This document shows positions 1 to 9,866 of a stretch of 64,000 bases of DNA, piece by piece. Numbering within the stretch: position 1 is the first letter of the stretch; the number at the start of each line of letters is the position of its first letter. The translations under genes were made by a program, and so were the position numbers. The stretch comes from Minisyncoccota bacterium (GTDB lineage Bacteria; Patescibacteriota; Minisyncoccia; Minisyncoccales; GWA2-38-27), in assembly GCA_028687715.1 (NCBI GenBank), contig JAQTZP010000001.1:39876-103875 (forward strand), read 5' to 3'. Below the pieces are notes generated by a model. It did not search any database and had not been told where the DNA came from. It worked only from the letters and a program-made list of their open reading frames with translations.

Positions 1-874
1 TGTTAATAAATTTATAGATATTGTCATATCGGCTTATATTCACCGTGTATCCGATTTTAATCATTTCTCGGTATCTAAATTTTTTTGTATGTAATATTGA
101 AATGATGCCGAAGCGCAAAAGCAGATGCTGAAGACATTTTGCAATCTGATAAGATGAGGCGGCATAGAAAATCTGAGGACATTTATTTTTAAAGTTTATG
201 CATCCGTTTCCTTGAAACATTTTTCCTATTAAATGCTTGAGCTGCTCATTGGAGAGCTGAAAGATAAAATCAGGAAAGAATTTCTCTACTGCCTTTTTAT
301 ACCTTAACCCTAAGCTGTTTATCCATTCAACCGCTTCTGATTTTTCTTTTATTGATTTTCTTTTTGAATAAACAGCTTTTGCTGATTTTGAACTGTCTAT
401 CGTGAAAGTGGTATTTTTGAATTTCTCAAGGTTTCGGCAGTAATCTTTTATTTCTTCTTCTGATTTTGAATAGAAATAAAATCCATGAGGATGGCAAAAG
501 TTTCCTTCAGCAAGAAGATAGCCTAATATTGATAATTTGTAATCTTCAATCAGAACTTTTTTTTGAGGTTCTGGAATAATTCTGGGAACAGCTATTACTT
601 GGCCGTTTTTTAATTCTTCTAAATTCCTCCAGCCCCTTGGGGTAAAGAAAGGATGATTGGAGGTCGCGGTTATTTTTCTGCCGCTTTTTGTTTTAACTTC
701 AAAGGTTGGTTTTATGCCGTTTGAAAACACACCTGATATTTTTGAAGATTTAATTTTATTATTTTCATCAAGAGAAAAAGTTTCTTTTATCAGGCTCTTA
801 TTTCTAAAAAGCTCTTTTATTTTAATTAATTTTCCATTTTCTGCATTAATGATTTCTGCTTCACCGCTTAAGCA
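1..874 (-). mobile_element. Intein inside dnaE (N-splicing region plus LAGLIDADG homing-endonuclease domain), truncated by window edge
   Basis: After GFNK the frame reads CLSGEAEIINAENGKLIKIKEL (Cys1, block A-like), then ITATSNHPFFT (block B TxxH-like), then ILGYLLAEGNF and LIGKMFQGNGC (two LAGLIDADG-like motifs). The expected SH(S/A)AAY of DnaE is missing. Confidence 0.8.
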
Positions 875-3103
875 CTTATTGAATCCGTAGCTTGCAAAAG
901 GCAGAATCCACTGCCAGAGTTTTTCAGCTATTTGTTTTCCTACTCCGTTTTGATCAGCTCCGTTTACAAACTTCTGTTCTTGGGCATGAAGAAGCTCTTT
1001 TATTTTCTTTCCTACAGCTTTTCTTAAAATATCTGCTTCAGCTAAAGTAAATCCTGCTATTTCCTGGGCTATTTTCATCAATTGTTCCTGATAAATGCAG
1101 ATTCCCTGGGTTTCTTCCAAGATAGGCTTGAGTTTTGGGTGAAGATACTGAATAGCTTTCTTTTTCTGCTTTCTGGCAATATAGTCTGGGATAAATTGAA
1201 TAGGTCCTGGCCTGTAAAGAGCCACCATGGCAGTAATGTCTTCAAAGCAGGTTGGCTTTAATAATTTCAAGTATTTTTTCATTCCATCGCTTTCTAACTG
1301 GAATACTCCTGTGGTATTGGCTCCTTGGAACAGCCTGTATGTTTTTTCATCGTCAAAAGGAATATTTTCAATATCTATTTTCTCATTTTTAAGCACGTAA
1401 ATTCTGGCTAAGGTGTCTTCAATTATTGTTAAGTTTTTAAGTCCTAAGAAGTCCATTTTTAGAAGCCCTAAGTCTTCAATAGCATGCATTTCATACTGGG
1501 TGACAATGCTTCCATCATCCTGGGTCGGGTGCTGGAGAGGGACTAAATCAGTCAAGGGCTCGGCTGATATCACAACTCCGCAGGCATGAGTTGAGGCGTG
1601 CCGGGCAACTCCTTCAAGCTTCTTTGCCAGGTCAATGAGTTTTTTAGCTTTTTCATCGCTAAAGTAGGCTTCTTTAAAATCGCTTACTTTTTTAAGAGAT
1701 TCATCTAAGCTGAAGCCGAATGGAACCATTTTAGCCATTTGGTCGCAGTAGCCGTAGGCATAGCCAAGAGCCCTTCCAACATCTCTGATTACTGCTCTTG
1801 AAGCCATTGTTCCAAAGGTGATAATCTGGGCAACATGGTTTTCTCCGTATTTTTGGGCGACATATTTAATAACTTCATCTCTTCTTCTGTCGGTAAAGTC
1901 AAGGTCAATGTCAGGCATAGATACTCTTTCAGGATTTAAAAACCTTTCAAAAAGAAGGCCGTGCTTTATCGGGTCTATGTTCGTGATATTTATAAGATAG
2001 GCGACAAGAGAACCTCCTACTGAGCCTCTGCCCGGCCCGACAATAATTCTGTTTTCTTTCGCCCAATTGACAAAGTCAGAGACAATTAAAAAATATGATG
2101 CAAAGCCGGTTTCTTTGATAACTTTAAGTTCGTATTCCAGTCTTTTTAAGATTTCTTCATCTGTTTTGTCTTTATATCTTTTTTTAAGACCTTCCAGGCA
2201 TAATTCTTTTAAATATTCATCAGGGGTTTTTCCATCAGGAACCTGATAATAGGGAAGCTTATTCTTTCCAAGCTCAAATTCAAAATTGCACATATCTTTT
2301 ATCCTCCGGGTATTTTCAACAGCTTCAGGGATGTCTTTAAAAGCTTCAATCATTTCTTCCGGCTTTCTTAATGAAAAGTCATCTGTTTTTAAGGTCAAGC
2401 GCTCTGGGTCATTGGGGCTTGCTCCGGTGTTAATAAGCATTAAGATGTCTTGAGCTTCGGCATCTTCTTTTTTTAAGTAATGGCTGTCATTGGTAGCCAC
2501 CAAAGGAATATCGTATTTTTTAGAAATAGAGATAAGCCCTTCATTTACTGTTTTCTGTTCATTTGAATTAGGATGGTGCTGAAGCTCTAAATAAAAGCTG
2601 TCTTTTCCGAAAATATCCTGATACCTTTTAGCCAGTTTTTCCGCCTCTTCCATTTCTTTTGAAAGAATCAAGCGGGGGATTTTGCCCTGGATGCAGGCGC
2701 TTAGTCCGATTAATCCTTCAGAATATTGAGATAAAAGCTCATTGTCTATTCTCGGTTTGTAGTAGAATCCTTCAAGGTGGGCTTTGGTTATCAATTTGAC
2801 TAAGTTTTTGTATCCTTTTTCATTCTTTACAAGCAGAACCAGATGGTATCTTTTGTCGTCAATATTGGGTCTGCGCTGATTCATGCCTTCAAAGGCGATA
2901 TATACTTCGGCTCCGATAATAGGCTTTATTCCCTTTGCCTTTGCTTTTTTGTAGAATTCCACGGCGCCGTAGATGGTTCCGTGGTCGGTTAAAGCAACAG
3001 AATCCATTTCTAATTCCTTGACGTAATCCAAAAGCTCGTCTATTTTAGGCAGGCCGTCTAAAAGCGAATAATGGCTGTGGACATGGAGATGAGTGAATTT
3101 CAT
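1..3103 (-). CDS. dnaE: DNA polymerase III alpha subunit (DnaE), N-terminal ~743 aa of extein followed by an intein; ORF runs off the window start
   Basis: Hand translation of the minus strand from ATG 3103: MKFTHLHVHSHYSLLDG (PHP domain). The frame stays open to position 1. Extein sequence ...WQWILPFASYGFNK ends at 875. Absent from the ORF track because there is no stop inside the window. Confidence 0.9.
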   Translation of the reverse strand, partial: MKFTHLHVHSHYSLLDGLPKIDELLDYVKELEMDSVALTDHGTIYGAVEFYKKAKAKGIKPIIGAEVYIAFEGMNQRRPNIDDKRYHLVLLVKNEKGYKNLVKLITKAHLEGFYYKPRIDNELLSQYSEGLIGLSACIQGKIPRLILSKEMEEAEKLAKRYQDIFGKDSFYLELQHHPNSNEQKTVNEGLISISKKYDIPLVATNDSHYLKKEDAEAQDILMLINTGASPNDPERLTLKTDDFSLRKPEEMIEAFKDIPEAVENTRRIKDMCNFEFELGKNKLPYYQVPDGKTPDEYLKELCLEGLKKRYKDKTDEEILKRLEYELKVIKETGFASYFLIVSDFVNWAKENRIIVGPGRGSVGGSLVAYLINITNIDPIKHGLLFERFLNPERVSMPDIDLDFTDRRRDEVIKYVAQKYGENHVAQIITFGTMASRAVIRDVGRALGYAYGYCDQMAKMVPFGFSLDESLKKVSDFKEAYFSDEKAKKLIDLAKKLEGVARHASTHACGVVISAEPLTDLVPLQHPTQDDGSIVTQYEMHAIEDLGLLKMDFLGLKNLTIIEDTLARIYVLKNEKIDIENIPFDDEKTYRLFQGANTTGVFQLESDGMKKYLKLLKPTCFEDITAMVALYRPGPIQFIPDYIARKQKKKAIQYLHPKLKPILEETQGICIYQEQLMKIAQEIAGFTLAEADILRKAVGKKIKELLHAQEQKFVNGADQNGVGKQIAEKLWQWILPFASYGFNKCLSGEAEIINAENGKLIKIKELFRNKSLIKETFSLDENNKIKSSKISGVFSNGIKPTFEVKTKSGRKITATSNHPFFTPRGWRNLEELKNGQVIAVPRIIPEPQKKVLIEDYKLSILGYLLAEGNFCHPHGFYFYSKSEEEIKDYCRNLEKFKNTTFTIDSSKSAKAVYSKRKSIKEKSEAVEWINSLGLRYKKAVEKFFPDFIFQLSNEQLKHLIGKMFQGNGCINFKNKCPQIFYAASSYQIAKCLQHLLLRFGIISILHTKKFRYREMIKIGYTVNISRYDNIYKFIN

Positions 3104-3169
3104 ATCGTTGATTATACTATCTTACTTTTTATCATTTTTAAAGTCAAACAATGTGATATTATTAATAAT

Positions 3170-3799
3170 ATGAAGCATCCTAATTTTAATGAAGAAAAAA
3201 GATTAAAAAGGAAAGGCTATAAATTTATAATAGGATTAGATGAAGTTGGAAGAGGCTGTTTAGCCGGACCTGTTTTAGCGGCTGCAGTTTATATAACTAA
3301 TAATAAGTTTAAAGATAAAGGCATCAAAGACTCAAAAAAGCTGTCTTTTAGAAAAAGAGAACAAATCTATAATGATTTAATGGCTCGTTCTGATGTCAAA
3401 TGGGGGATAGGCAGAGTTTCAGAGAAGATAATAGATAAGATAAATATCTTTGAAGCTGCAAAGCTGGCTATGAAAAAGGCTGTTTTAGATTTAGAGAGAA
3501 AGATGAATATAAAGTCTGATTTCTTGATTTTAGACGGAAACTTCAAGATAGGTATAGATACTTTGCAGAAATCAATTATCAAAGCTGATGAGAAGGTTTT
3601 ATCCTGCGCTCTTGCTTCTATTATTGCCAAGGTCAAAAGGGATAGAATTATGTCAAATTATCACAACAGATATCCAGATTATCTTTTTAATAGGAATAAA
3701 GGGTATGGGACAAAGGTTCATATCAAGCAAATTAAAAATAACGGACCCTGTTTTATCCACAGGAAAACTTTTTTTCCTGTGAAAGAAATGATAGAATAA
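3170..3799 (+). CDS. rnhB: Ribonuclease HII
   Basis: IIGLDEVGRGCLAGPVLAAAV motif. The internal ATG at 3170 is preferred, because the 3071 start would overlap the dnaE start. Confidence 0.85.
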   Translation: MKHPNFNEEKRLKRKGYKFIIGLDEVGRGCLAGPVLAAAVYITNNKFKDKGIKDSKKLSFRKREQIYNDLMARSDVKWGIGRVSEKIIDKINIFEAAKLAMKKAVLDLERKMNIKSDFLILDGNFKIGIDTLQKSIIKADEKVLSCALASIIAKVKRDRIMSNYHNRYPDYLFNRNKGYGTKVHIKQIKNNGPCFIHRKTFFPVKEMIE

Positions 3800-3827
3800 C
3801 AGAATAATACAATAAACAACTTTTTCT

Positions 3828-6584
3828 ATGAAAAAAGAAACATTATATCTATTCTTGACTATTTCAATAATAGTTGCTTTTTTTATTCCTTTTGATTCTT
3901 ATGCTCTTTTAACTCCTCAAGTTTATTTAACTGAAATTCAATTGAATAAAGATACTTTTGAACCTAATCAGGAAATAACTGGAACTGTTAATTTGTGGAA
4001 TTATGAGAATTATGTGGTAAGCGACTTGTATTTTAATTTCCAGCTTATGGGAGAAGATGTTGATAATGTCCCTACTATGGCTATTGATGAGAAAACTGGT
4101 AATGAACAATTTACTCTACTGGCAGGGGAGAAAAAACACAAAAATTTTTCATATAGATTACCTAATAATTTACCGAACGGAAAACTTAAATTAAAGGTTC
4201 AGATTATTAACAGCAGGGGAGAGGGGATAAACTGGATATATAAAGAAATTATTATTGTAGGGGGAGGAAGATTTTTAAGTATAGGCAATTGTTGGTTTTT
4301 AAAAGAAGATTTAAAGTTTCCAACTGGAACAGGAGTTTACTACGAACCAAATGCAGTTCCGGAAGTGATTTTCGATATTATTAATTACTCTTCTTCTTCA
4401 ATCTCTGCTTACCCGAAGATAATAACCTATCGAAGAAACTCTATTGAAGCTGTAAGTGAAGATAAGGGCGGAATTGTAACTTTTAACCCTGATGATAAAA
4501 AAACACAAAGGCTTTTTCTTCCAAAACTTGAAAGGCCAGAATCATATTTAACAGCAATACGTTTCTACGATAGCGAAAGCAACGAACCAATTTCTAATAT
4601 CTCTTATTTCAGATGGATAATTTCAGGAGAAGATGACGCTCAAATTTTATTTGTCAGTTCGGATAAGAATTCTTATGAAGCAGATGAAATCGCAAAAATT
4701 AAAGTGCAGATTACTGGTCCGGCAGACCCAAGAGTTTCAGTAAATAGTTCAGATACAGAGATTAAAATACTTGACCAGAATGGCAAAGTTGTTGGAGAAA
4801 TTAAAAAAGAGACAAGATTTGGAGAGCTAGAGATTGATGTGCCGATTAAATCAAAGGTAGAAAATCCTAAAATTGAAGTAAAAATCACAAGCAATGGAAA
4901 GATTTTAGATGAGTATAATTTTATTGTTAATTCAGAGCAAAAAACAACTGAGCAAATACCTTTTTGGCAGAAAGATGGTTTTTTGACTAAATTTATTTTA
5001 TTTACAATATTATTTATAGCAGTTATGATAGGATTTATTTATTATTTTAGAAATAAAAAGAATAAATTTTTATTTATTTTATTGGCTATATTCTTAGGAA
5101 GTTTAGTTTTTATTTCTAATACGAGTGTAGTTTTTTCATTAGTGGAAGTTACAGAAGGCTGTCAAGATCCACATCATGGTGGCATGATTTCCGAAATTAG
5201 CATAAGTAGTCCTATTCCAAATTTAGTAATTAATCCTGGTGGTTCAATTCCGATAAATGGTCAAGTTTCAGTGGCAGATTGCGGCAACGGCTTATTTTTT
5301 AATAAGGTAACTTTTTACATAAAACAAGATGATAATGAACTAGAACATATGATAGATTGTTGCCAAAGAACTATAGAAAATTGTTCATTAGAGGGATGGT
5401 ATGGATGTGGCTGTTCTGTTGGTTGTGATAATTGTTATGGTGCTACCAGCCTTCATTACAAAGCATGTTATCCTTATACGGCGGTGCCTACTACAGGAGG
5501 ATGGAAGATTATAAAGGATGAAAACGCTGTTTTTTGTGATCAAGTAAAAGTATTAAAAACAGAGGGCAGTAACTTTATAAAATTGGGAGAATGTTATCCA
5601 AGAGATGTTCTAGAACATGGGCCTGGTACTTATATAGAATATAATCAAACCCCAAGTGTACCGTCTAATTTGGGATTTTATGGCAAAGCTCGTTTATATA
5701 TTCAGTTTTCTGGACTCCATGCAAGTAGCACTGGTTTAAGTGAATTTATGGCTGGTTGGTCTCCTCAATATGCAATAAAGATGGGTTGGGGAATCTGGAA
5801 GTGGGGTATTGTCTATCAAGATATATATATAAATAAACCTCCTTATACCAGTTCTTTGTCTGCTGACTCTAAGTATTGTGTTTCAGAGGGTATAGGAAGA
5901 GTTGATTTTAAATGGATATATAATGATGAAGATGTTATTGATGGAAATCTTGATAATCAGACCCAATATAATATTCAAATATCCGAAGATCAAAATTTTT
6001 ATAATCCGATAGTAGATAAATACATAAATCAGAATGTTCCTCCTTATAATCAAGGAACCTCTTCTGTTGTAGTCGTTCAAACACCTTCTTCCGGTCTTCA
6101 GATAGGATACAATAAGCATTATTATTGGAGAATAAGAGTTAAAGATAGTAATGAAGCTTGGTCCGGATGGTCGGGGGTAAATGATTTTTATACTCCTTCT
6201 CATCCTTACCCCTGGCCTAATTTTTCATCCGAACAGCTTCCCAATACTCAAAGAGTTAAATTTACAGATGAAACCAAGTTTTTTGATGGGAACTCAGGGC
6301 CGAGAACCTGGAGTTGGGATTTTGGAGACTCAACAGGTTCTTCTTTGCAAAATCCTGTTCATTTTTATTCACAAAGCGGGAGTTATCTAGTTAAATTACA
6401 TGTAGTTGATTCAGACGGTTACAGCTGTCCTCTTGAACCTAGGACTATTTCTGTTTCAAGCACGGATTTATTCAATATCCCAGGCTGGCGTGAAATTCCA
6501 CCCCCTATATTTAATCAAGGATTCTTAAACACTCTTTTTTCTCAAATCTTTGGCTTTATGCCCTGGAGCTTGCTAAATATTTGA
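3828..6584 (+). CDS. Large secreted/membrane protein with Cys-rich region, FN3-like and C-terminal PKD-like domain
   Basis: N-terminal signal-like segment and two mid-protein TM helices. WSWDFGDSTGSSLQNPVHFYSQSGSYLVKLHVVDSDG matches the PKD-domain pattern. Confidence 0.5.
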   Translation: MKKETLYLFLTISIIVAFFIPFDSYALLTPQVYLTEIQLNKDTFEPNQEITGTVNLWNYENYVVSDLYFNFQLMGEDVDNVPTMAIDEKTGNEQFTLLAGEKKHKNFSYRLPNNLPNGKLKLKVQIINSRGEGINWIYKEIIIVGGGRFLSIGNCWFLKEDLKFPTGTGVYYEPNAVPEVIFDIINYSSSSISAYPKIITYRRNSIEAVSEDKGGIVTFNPDDKKTQRLFLPKLERPESYLTAIRFYDSESNEPISNISYFRWIISGEDDAQILFVSSDKNSYEADEIAKIKVQITGPADPRVSVNSSDTEIKILDQNGKVVGEIKKETRFGELEIDVPIKSKVENPKIEVKITSNGKILDEYNFIVNSEQKTTEQIPFWQKDGFLTKFILFTILFIAVMIGFIYYFRNKKNKFLFILLAIFLGSLVFISNTSVVFSLVEVTEGCQDPHHGGMISEISISSPIPNLVINPGGSIPINGQVSVADCGNGLFFNKVTFYIKQDDNELEHMIDCCQRTIENCSLEGWYGCGCSVGCDNCYGATSLHYKACYPYTAVPTTGGWKIIKDENAVFCDQVKVLKTEGSNFIKLGECYPRDVLEHGPGTYIEYNQTPSVPSNLGFYGKARLYIQFSGLHASSTGLSEFMAGWSPQYAIKMGWGIWKWGIVYQDIYINKPPYTSSLSADSKYCVSEGIGRVDFKWIYNDEDVIDGNLDNQTQYNIQISEDQNFYNPIVDKYINQNVPPYNQGTSSVVVVQTPSSGLQIGYNKHYYWRIRVKDSNEAWSGWSGVNDFYTPSHPYPWPNFSSEQLPNTQRVKFTDETKFFDGNSGPRTWSWDFGDSTGSSLQNPVHFYSQSGSYLVKLHVVDSDGYSCPLEPRTISVSSTDLFNIPGWREIPPPIFNQGFLNTLFSQIFGFMPWSLLNI

Positions 6585-6608
6585 TTATGTTGTAGATTGG
6601 ATGATTAT

Positions 6609-6893
6609 ATGGCTAATCCAAAACAAAGACACACAAAATCCAGAAGGAATAAAAGAAGGGCCCATATTTATATCCAAGAGCCTATTTTAGGTTTGTGCCC
6701 TAAATGCGGCAAAAGGGTTAGGTCTCATACAGTCTGCCAGTACTGCGGTTATTATAAAGGAATAGAGATAATTGACGTTTTCAAGAAATTGACTAAAAAA
6801 GAGAAGAAGGCCAAAGAGAAAGAAATAGCGAATCAAGAAAAAGAAGATAAGAAGGCAAAGCCTCTTACAATGGAGGAATTGTCAAAGAAATAA
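6609..6893 (+). CDS. rpmF: Ribosomal protein L32 with Lys/Glu-rich C-terminal extension
   Basis: [19 protein letters not shown] plus zinc ribbon CPKCG...CQYCGYYKG. Confidence 0.85.
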   Translation: MANPKQRHTKSRRNKRRAHIYIQEPILGLCPKCGKRVRSHTVCQYCGYYKGIEIIDVFKKLTKKEKKAKEKEIANQEKEDKKAKPLTMEELSKK

Positions 6894-6901
6894 CTTGTAT
6901 T

Positions 6902-7327
6902 ATGGCGAGCCGTCATTTATCAAGGTCAATTGCAATGCAGAGTCTGTACGAATGGGACTTTATGGGTAAAAAGCCTGATGCTTTGGAAAAGATTGTTGAA
7001 AAAAACATTAAAGAGTTTGGTCCCGGCCTTGAAAGCGAAACATTCATTTGGGAGCTTATAAACGGGGTTATTTCTCATATTAAAGATATTGACAAGATTA
7101 TTGAAAAGGCAGCTCCGGAATGGCCTATTGAGCAGATTACAATTATAGACAGGAATGTTCTAAGAATTGGATTATACGAGCTTTTATACGAAGATAAAAA
7201 AGAAGTTCCTCCAAAAGTAGCCATTAATGAGTCAATAGAGCTGGCAAAGACATTCGGGGGAGAGAGCTCGGGCAAATTCATTAACGGAGTATTGGGAACT
7301 GTTTACAGAGAAATAGAAAAAGAATAA
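6902..7327 (+). CDS. nusB: Transcription antitermination factor NusB
   Basis: [14 protein letters not shown] ... [17 protein letters not shown]; typical NusB size. Confidence 0.8.
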   Translation: MASRHLSRSIAMQSLYEWDFMGKKPDALEKIVEKNIKEFGPGLESETFIWELINGVISHIKDIDKIIEKAAPEWPIEQITIIDRNVLRIGLYELLYEDKKEVPPKVAINESIELAKTFGGESSGKFINGVLGTVYREIEKE

Positions 7328-7336
7328 AGAGCTATT

Positions 7337-8032
7337 ATGACTAAGGATTTTTCTTCTGTTGAAAAGAAATTAAACTTAAAATTTAAGAATAAGGATTTAT
7401 TGATTCAAGCATTTGTTCACAGGTCTTTTTTAAATGAAAATCCTGATTTCAAGATTTTTCACAATGAAAGACTGGAATTTTTAGGAGATGCAATACTGGA
7501 GCATATTGTAACAGAATATCTTTACAAAAAGTATCCCAAAGAGCCTGAAGGAGAGCTGACAATATGGAGAGCTGCTCTGGTAAACACTAAAATGCTGGCA
7601 AAAGTTGCTGAAGAGCTTGGTTTCAATGATTTTCTTCTGCTTTCCCAGGGAGAAGCTAAAGAAACAGGCAAAGCCCGCCATTATATTTTAGCTGACAGCT
7701 TTGAAGCGTTTATAGGAGCTTTTTATTTAGACCAGGGGCTTGAGAAATGCCGTGAGTTTATCAATAAAAACCTTTTAAAGGAGCTTCCTGAGATTATTGA
7801 AAGCGGTATTTACAAAGACTCAAAATCCCATTTTCAGGAAAAAGCCCAGGAGAAAAGAGGCATTACCCCGACTTACAGCGTTTTAAAAGAATCAGGTCCT
7901 GACCATAATAAGCGCTTTGTTGTCGGTGTTTTCTTGGGCAGGGAATTAATAGCAAAAGGAGAGGGTCTTTCAAAGCAGGAGGCAGAAGAAGAAGCTGCTA
8001 AAAACGCTTTAGGGAAAAAAGAATGGCAATAA
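7337..8032 (+). CDS. rnc: Ribonuclease III
   Basis: NERLEFLGDAILEHIV signature plus a C-terminal dsRBD (HNKRFVVGV...GEGLSKQEAEEEAAKNAL). Confidence 0.9.
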   Translation: MTKDFSSVEKKLNLKFKNKDLLIQAFVHRSFLNENPDFKIFHNERLEFLGDAILEHIVTEYLYKKYPKEPEGELTIWRAALVNTKMLAKVAEELGFNDFLLLSQGEAKETGKARHYILADSFEAFIGAFYLDQGLEKCREFINKNLLKELPEIIESGIYKDSKSHFQEKAQEKRGITPTYSVLKESGPDHNKRFVVGVFLGRELIAKGEGLSKQEAEEEAAKNALGKKEWQ

Positions 8033-8051
8033 TTAATTAAGTTATAATATT

Positions 8052-8492
8052 ATGCTTGTTATAAGGTTATTAAGAACAGGAAAAAGAAATCAGCCTTTTT
8101 TTAAGATTGTGGTGACCGATAAAAGAAAACCTCCCAGAGGAGGCCGTTTTAAAGAAGATGTTGGTTTTTTAAATCCTTTGACAAAAGAAAAGAAGCTTAA
8201 GGCAGAAAGGATTAAATACTGGATTTCAGTCGGAGCAAAACCCTCAAATACTATCTATAATCTTTTAGTCAAAGAAAATATATTAGAAGGCAGGAAAATA
8301 CCGGTTCACAAGAAAAAGAAATCTAAACAAGGAGAGAAAGTTCAAAGCGCAGAAAAGCCAGAATCTATGGAAAAGCCTTCTGAGGGGGAACCAGTCATTG
8401 AAAAAGAGCCTGAAGCTTCTGAACCTAAACAGCTAAAAACAGAAGAGACAGAGGTTAAAGAAGAATTAAAGCCAGAGGAGGCGGAATCTTGA
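8052..8492 (+). CDS. rpsP: Ribosomal protein S16 with long acidic/Lys-Pro-Glu C-terminal extension
   Basis: MLVIRLLRTGKRNQPFFKIVVTDKRKPPRGGRF is canonical S16. About 60 extra residues are rich in E/K/P. Confidence 0.85.
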   Translation: MLVIRLLRTGKRNQPFFKIVVTDKRKPPRGGRFKEDVGFLNPLTKEKKLKAERIKYWISVGAKPSNTIYNLLVKENILEGRKIPVHKKKKSKQGEKVQSAEKPESMEKPSEGEPVIEKEPEASEPKQLKTEETEVKEELKPEEAES

Positions 8493-8640
8493 CTTTCTGC
8501 GTAGGTATTATAAGATAAAGAAGTAGCTTTTGGCTCGTTTGATGTAATATAATGCGTCAAATAATCTCCAAAAGACAGGGGATAGAAGATGAGCAGAGGA
8601 AAGGTCGGGCTACTTTAAAAGGAATATATTTGATAGAATT

Positions 8641-8952
8641 ATGGCAAAAGAATATAACGATCAAGAATTCCTTGAGTACATTGTTAAAACCTTGGTTGAC
8701 CATCCAGATGATGTGAAAATTGACAGAAAGGTTGATGAAATGGGGGTTTTACTTTCGCTTAAAGTAAATCCTGAAGATATGGGTCAGATAATTGGTCGTT
8801 CCGGGGCAACTGCCAGGGCTATTAGATCTTTAGTTCGCATCGTTGGCTTGAAAAATCATGCCAGAGTGAACTTAAAGATTGAAGAGCCGGAAGGCGGCAG
8901 GGTTCAAGGAAAGAAAGCTTCATCTGAATCACTTGAAGATCTGAAGCTCTAA
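8641..8952 (+). CDS. KH-domain RNA-binding protein (YlqC/UPF0109-like)
   Basis: IIGRSGATARAIRSLVRI is a GxxG KH motif. Position between rpsP and trmD is the usual synteny. Confidence 0.7.
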   Translation: MAKEYNDQEFLEYIVKTLVDHPDDVKIDRKVDEMGVLLSLKVNPEDMGQIIGRSGATARAIRSLVRIVGLKNHARVNLKIEEPEGGRVQGKKASSESLEDLKL

Positions 8953-9027
8953 AACGTATTTTCGTTTACGATTATTAAAAACAATGCTACCATAATATTA
9001 ATTGGCGGCATTGTTTTTTTAACTAAA

Positions 9028-9702
9028 ATGATTAAGTTTGACATTATCACAATACTTCCTGAAACCTTTGGTTCATATTTTTCAGAAAGTTTAATAGCCA
9101 GAGCATTAAAAAAGAAGATTATAAAGATAAAGGTCCATAATTTGAGGAAATGGGCGAAAGACAAGCATAAAACTGTTGATGACAGGCCTTTTGGGGGAGG
9201 TTTAGGCATGGTTATGAAGGTTGAGCCGATTTATAGGGCTGTAAAGTCGTTAAAAGGGAAATCAAAGGCTAAAAGAAGGATAATAATGTTTACTCCCAGG
9301 GGAAAGAAGTTTGACCAAAGACTTGCGTATAAGCTTTCAAAGTTTGACCAGCTTATTTTAATATGTGGAAGATATGAAGGAGTAGACGAAAGAGTTGCAG
9401 AACATATAGCTGATATGGAATTATCAATAGGGGATTATGTGCTTATGGGAGGAGAGATTCCAGCTATGGTTTTAATAGAAACTGTATCTAGACTTATTCC
9501 CGGAGTTATCTCCAAAGAAGAGCTTTTAAAAGAAAGAATAACCAAAGATAAAGGTTTTATTGAACATGTTCAGTACACTAGACCTGAAGTTTTTGAACCT
9601 GAAAAAGGAGTAAAATGGAAGGTGCCGAAGGTTCTCCTATCGGGCAATCATAAAGAAATCGAGAAATGGAGAAAGAAATATTTAAGAGTCATTGAAAAAT
9701 AA
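9028..9702 (+). CDS. trmD: tRNA (guanine37-N1)-methyltransferase
   Basis: FDIITILPETF, DDRPFGGGLGMVMK, YEGVDERV, GGEIPAMVLIE motifs. Confidence 0.9.
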   Translation: MIKFDIITILPETFGSYFSESLIARALKKKIIKIKVHNLRKWAKDKHKTVDDRPFGGGLGMVMKVEPIYRAVKSLKGKSKAKRRIIMFTPRGKKFDQRLAYKLSKFDQLILICGRYEGVDERVAEHIADMELSIGDYVLMGGEIPAMVLIETVSRLIPGVISKEELLKERITKDKGFIEHVQYTRPEVFEPEKGVKWKVPKVLLSGNHKEIEKWRKKYLRVIEK

Positions 9703-9781
9703 GTTGTTTTGTAGTAAAACTAAAAATAGTTAAAAAACAGTAAATTTATATTAAATTCTAAACTTCTAAAAGAATAAACTA

Positions 9782-9866
9782 GGGTGCGTAGTCCCGTACG
9801 GCGCGGGAGCGGTCTGTAAAACCGTCGTCATTACTGGCCCAGGTGGTTCGACTCCACTCGCACCCA
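9782..9866 (+). tRNA. tRNA-Tyr (anticodon GTA), long variable arm, no encoded CCA
   Basis: Hand fold: acceptor GGGTGCG/CGCACCC; anticodon stem GCGGT/ACCGT with loop CTGTAAA; T arm GGTGGTTCGACTCCAC. Confidence 0.8.

Noticed and set aside
9843-9866. Track start of the 278-aa ORF at 9843; likewise long N-terminal extensions at 3071 (rnhB), 30948 (mraZ), 17613 (methyltransferase), 35225 (MBL), 19829 (rplL), 6597 (rpmF) and 44190
   Set aside because: The upstream starts overlap a tRNA, a divergent gene start, operator repeats or promoters, and add non-conserved residues. Internal ATGs that restore canonical N-termini were preferred.
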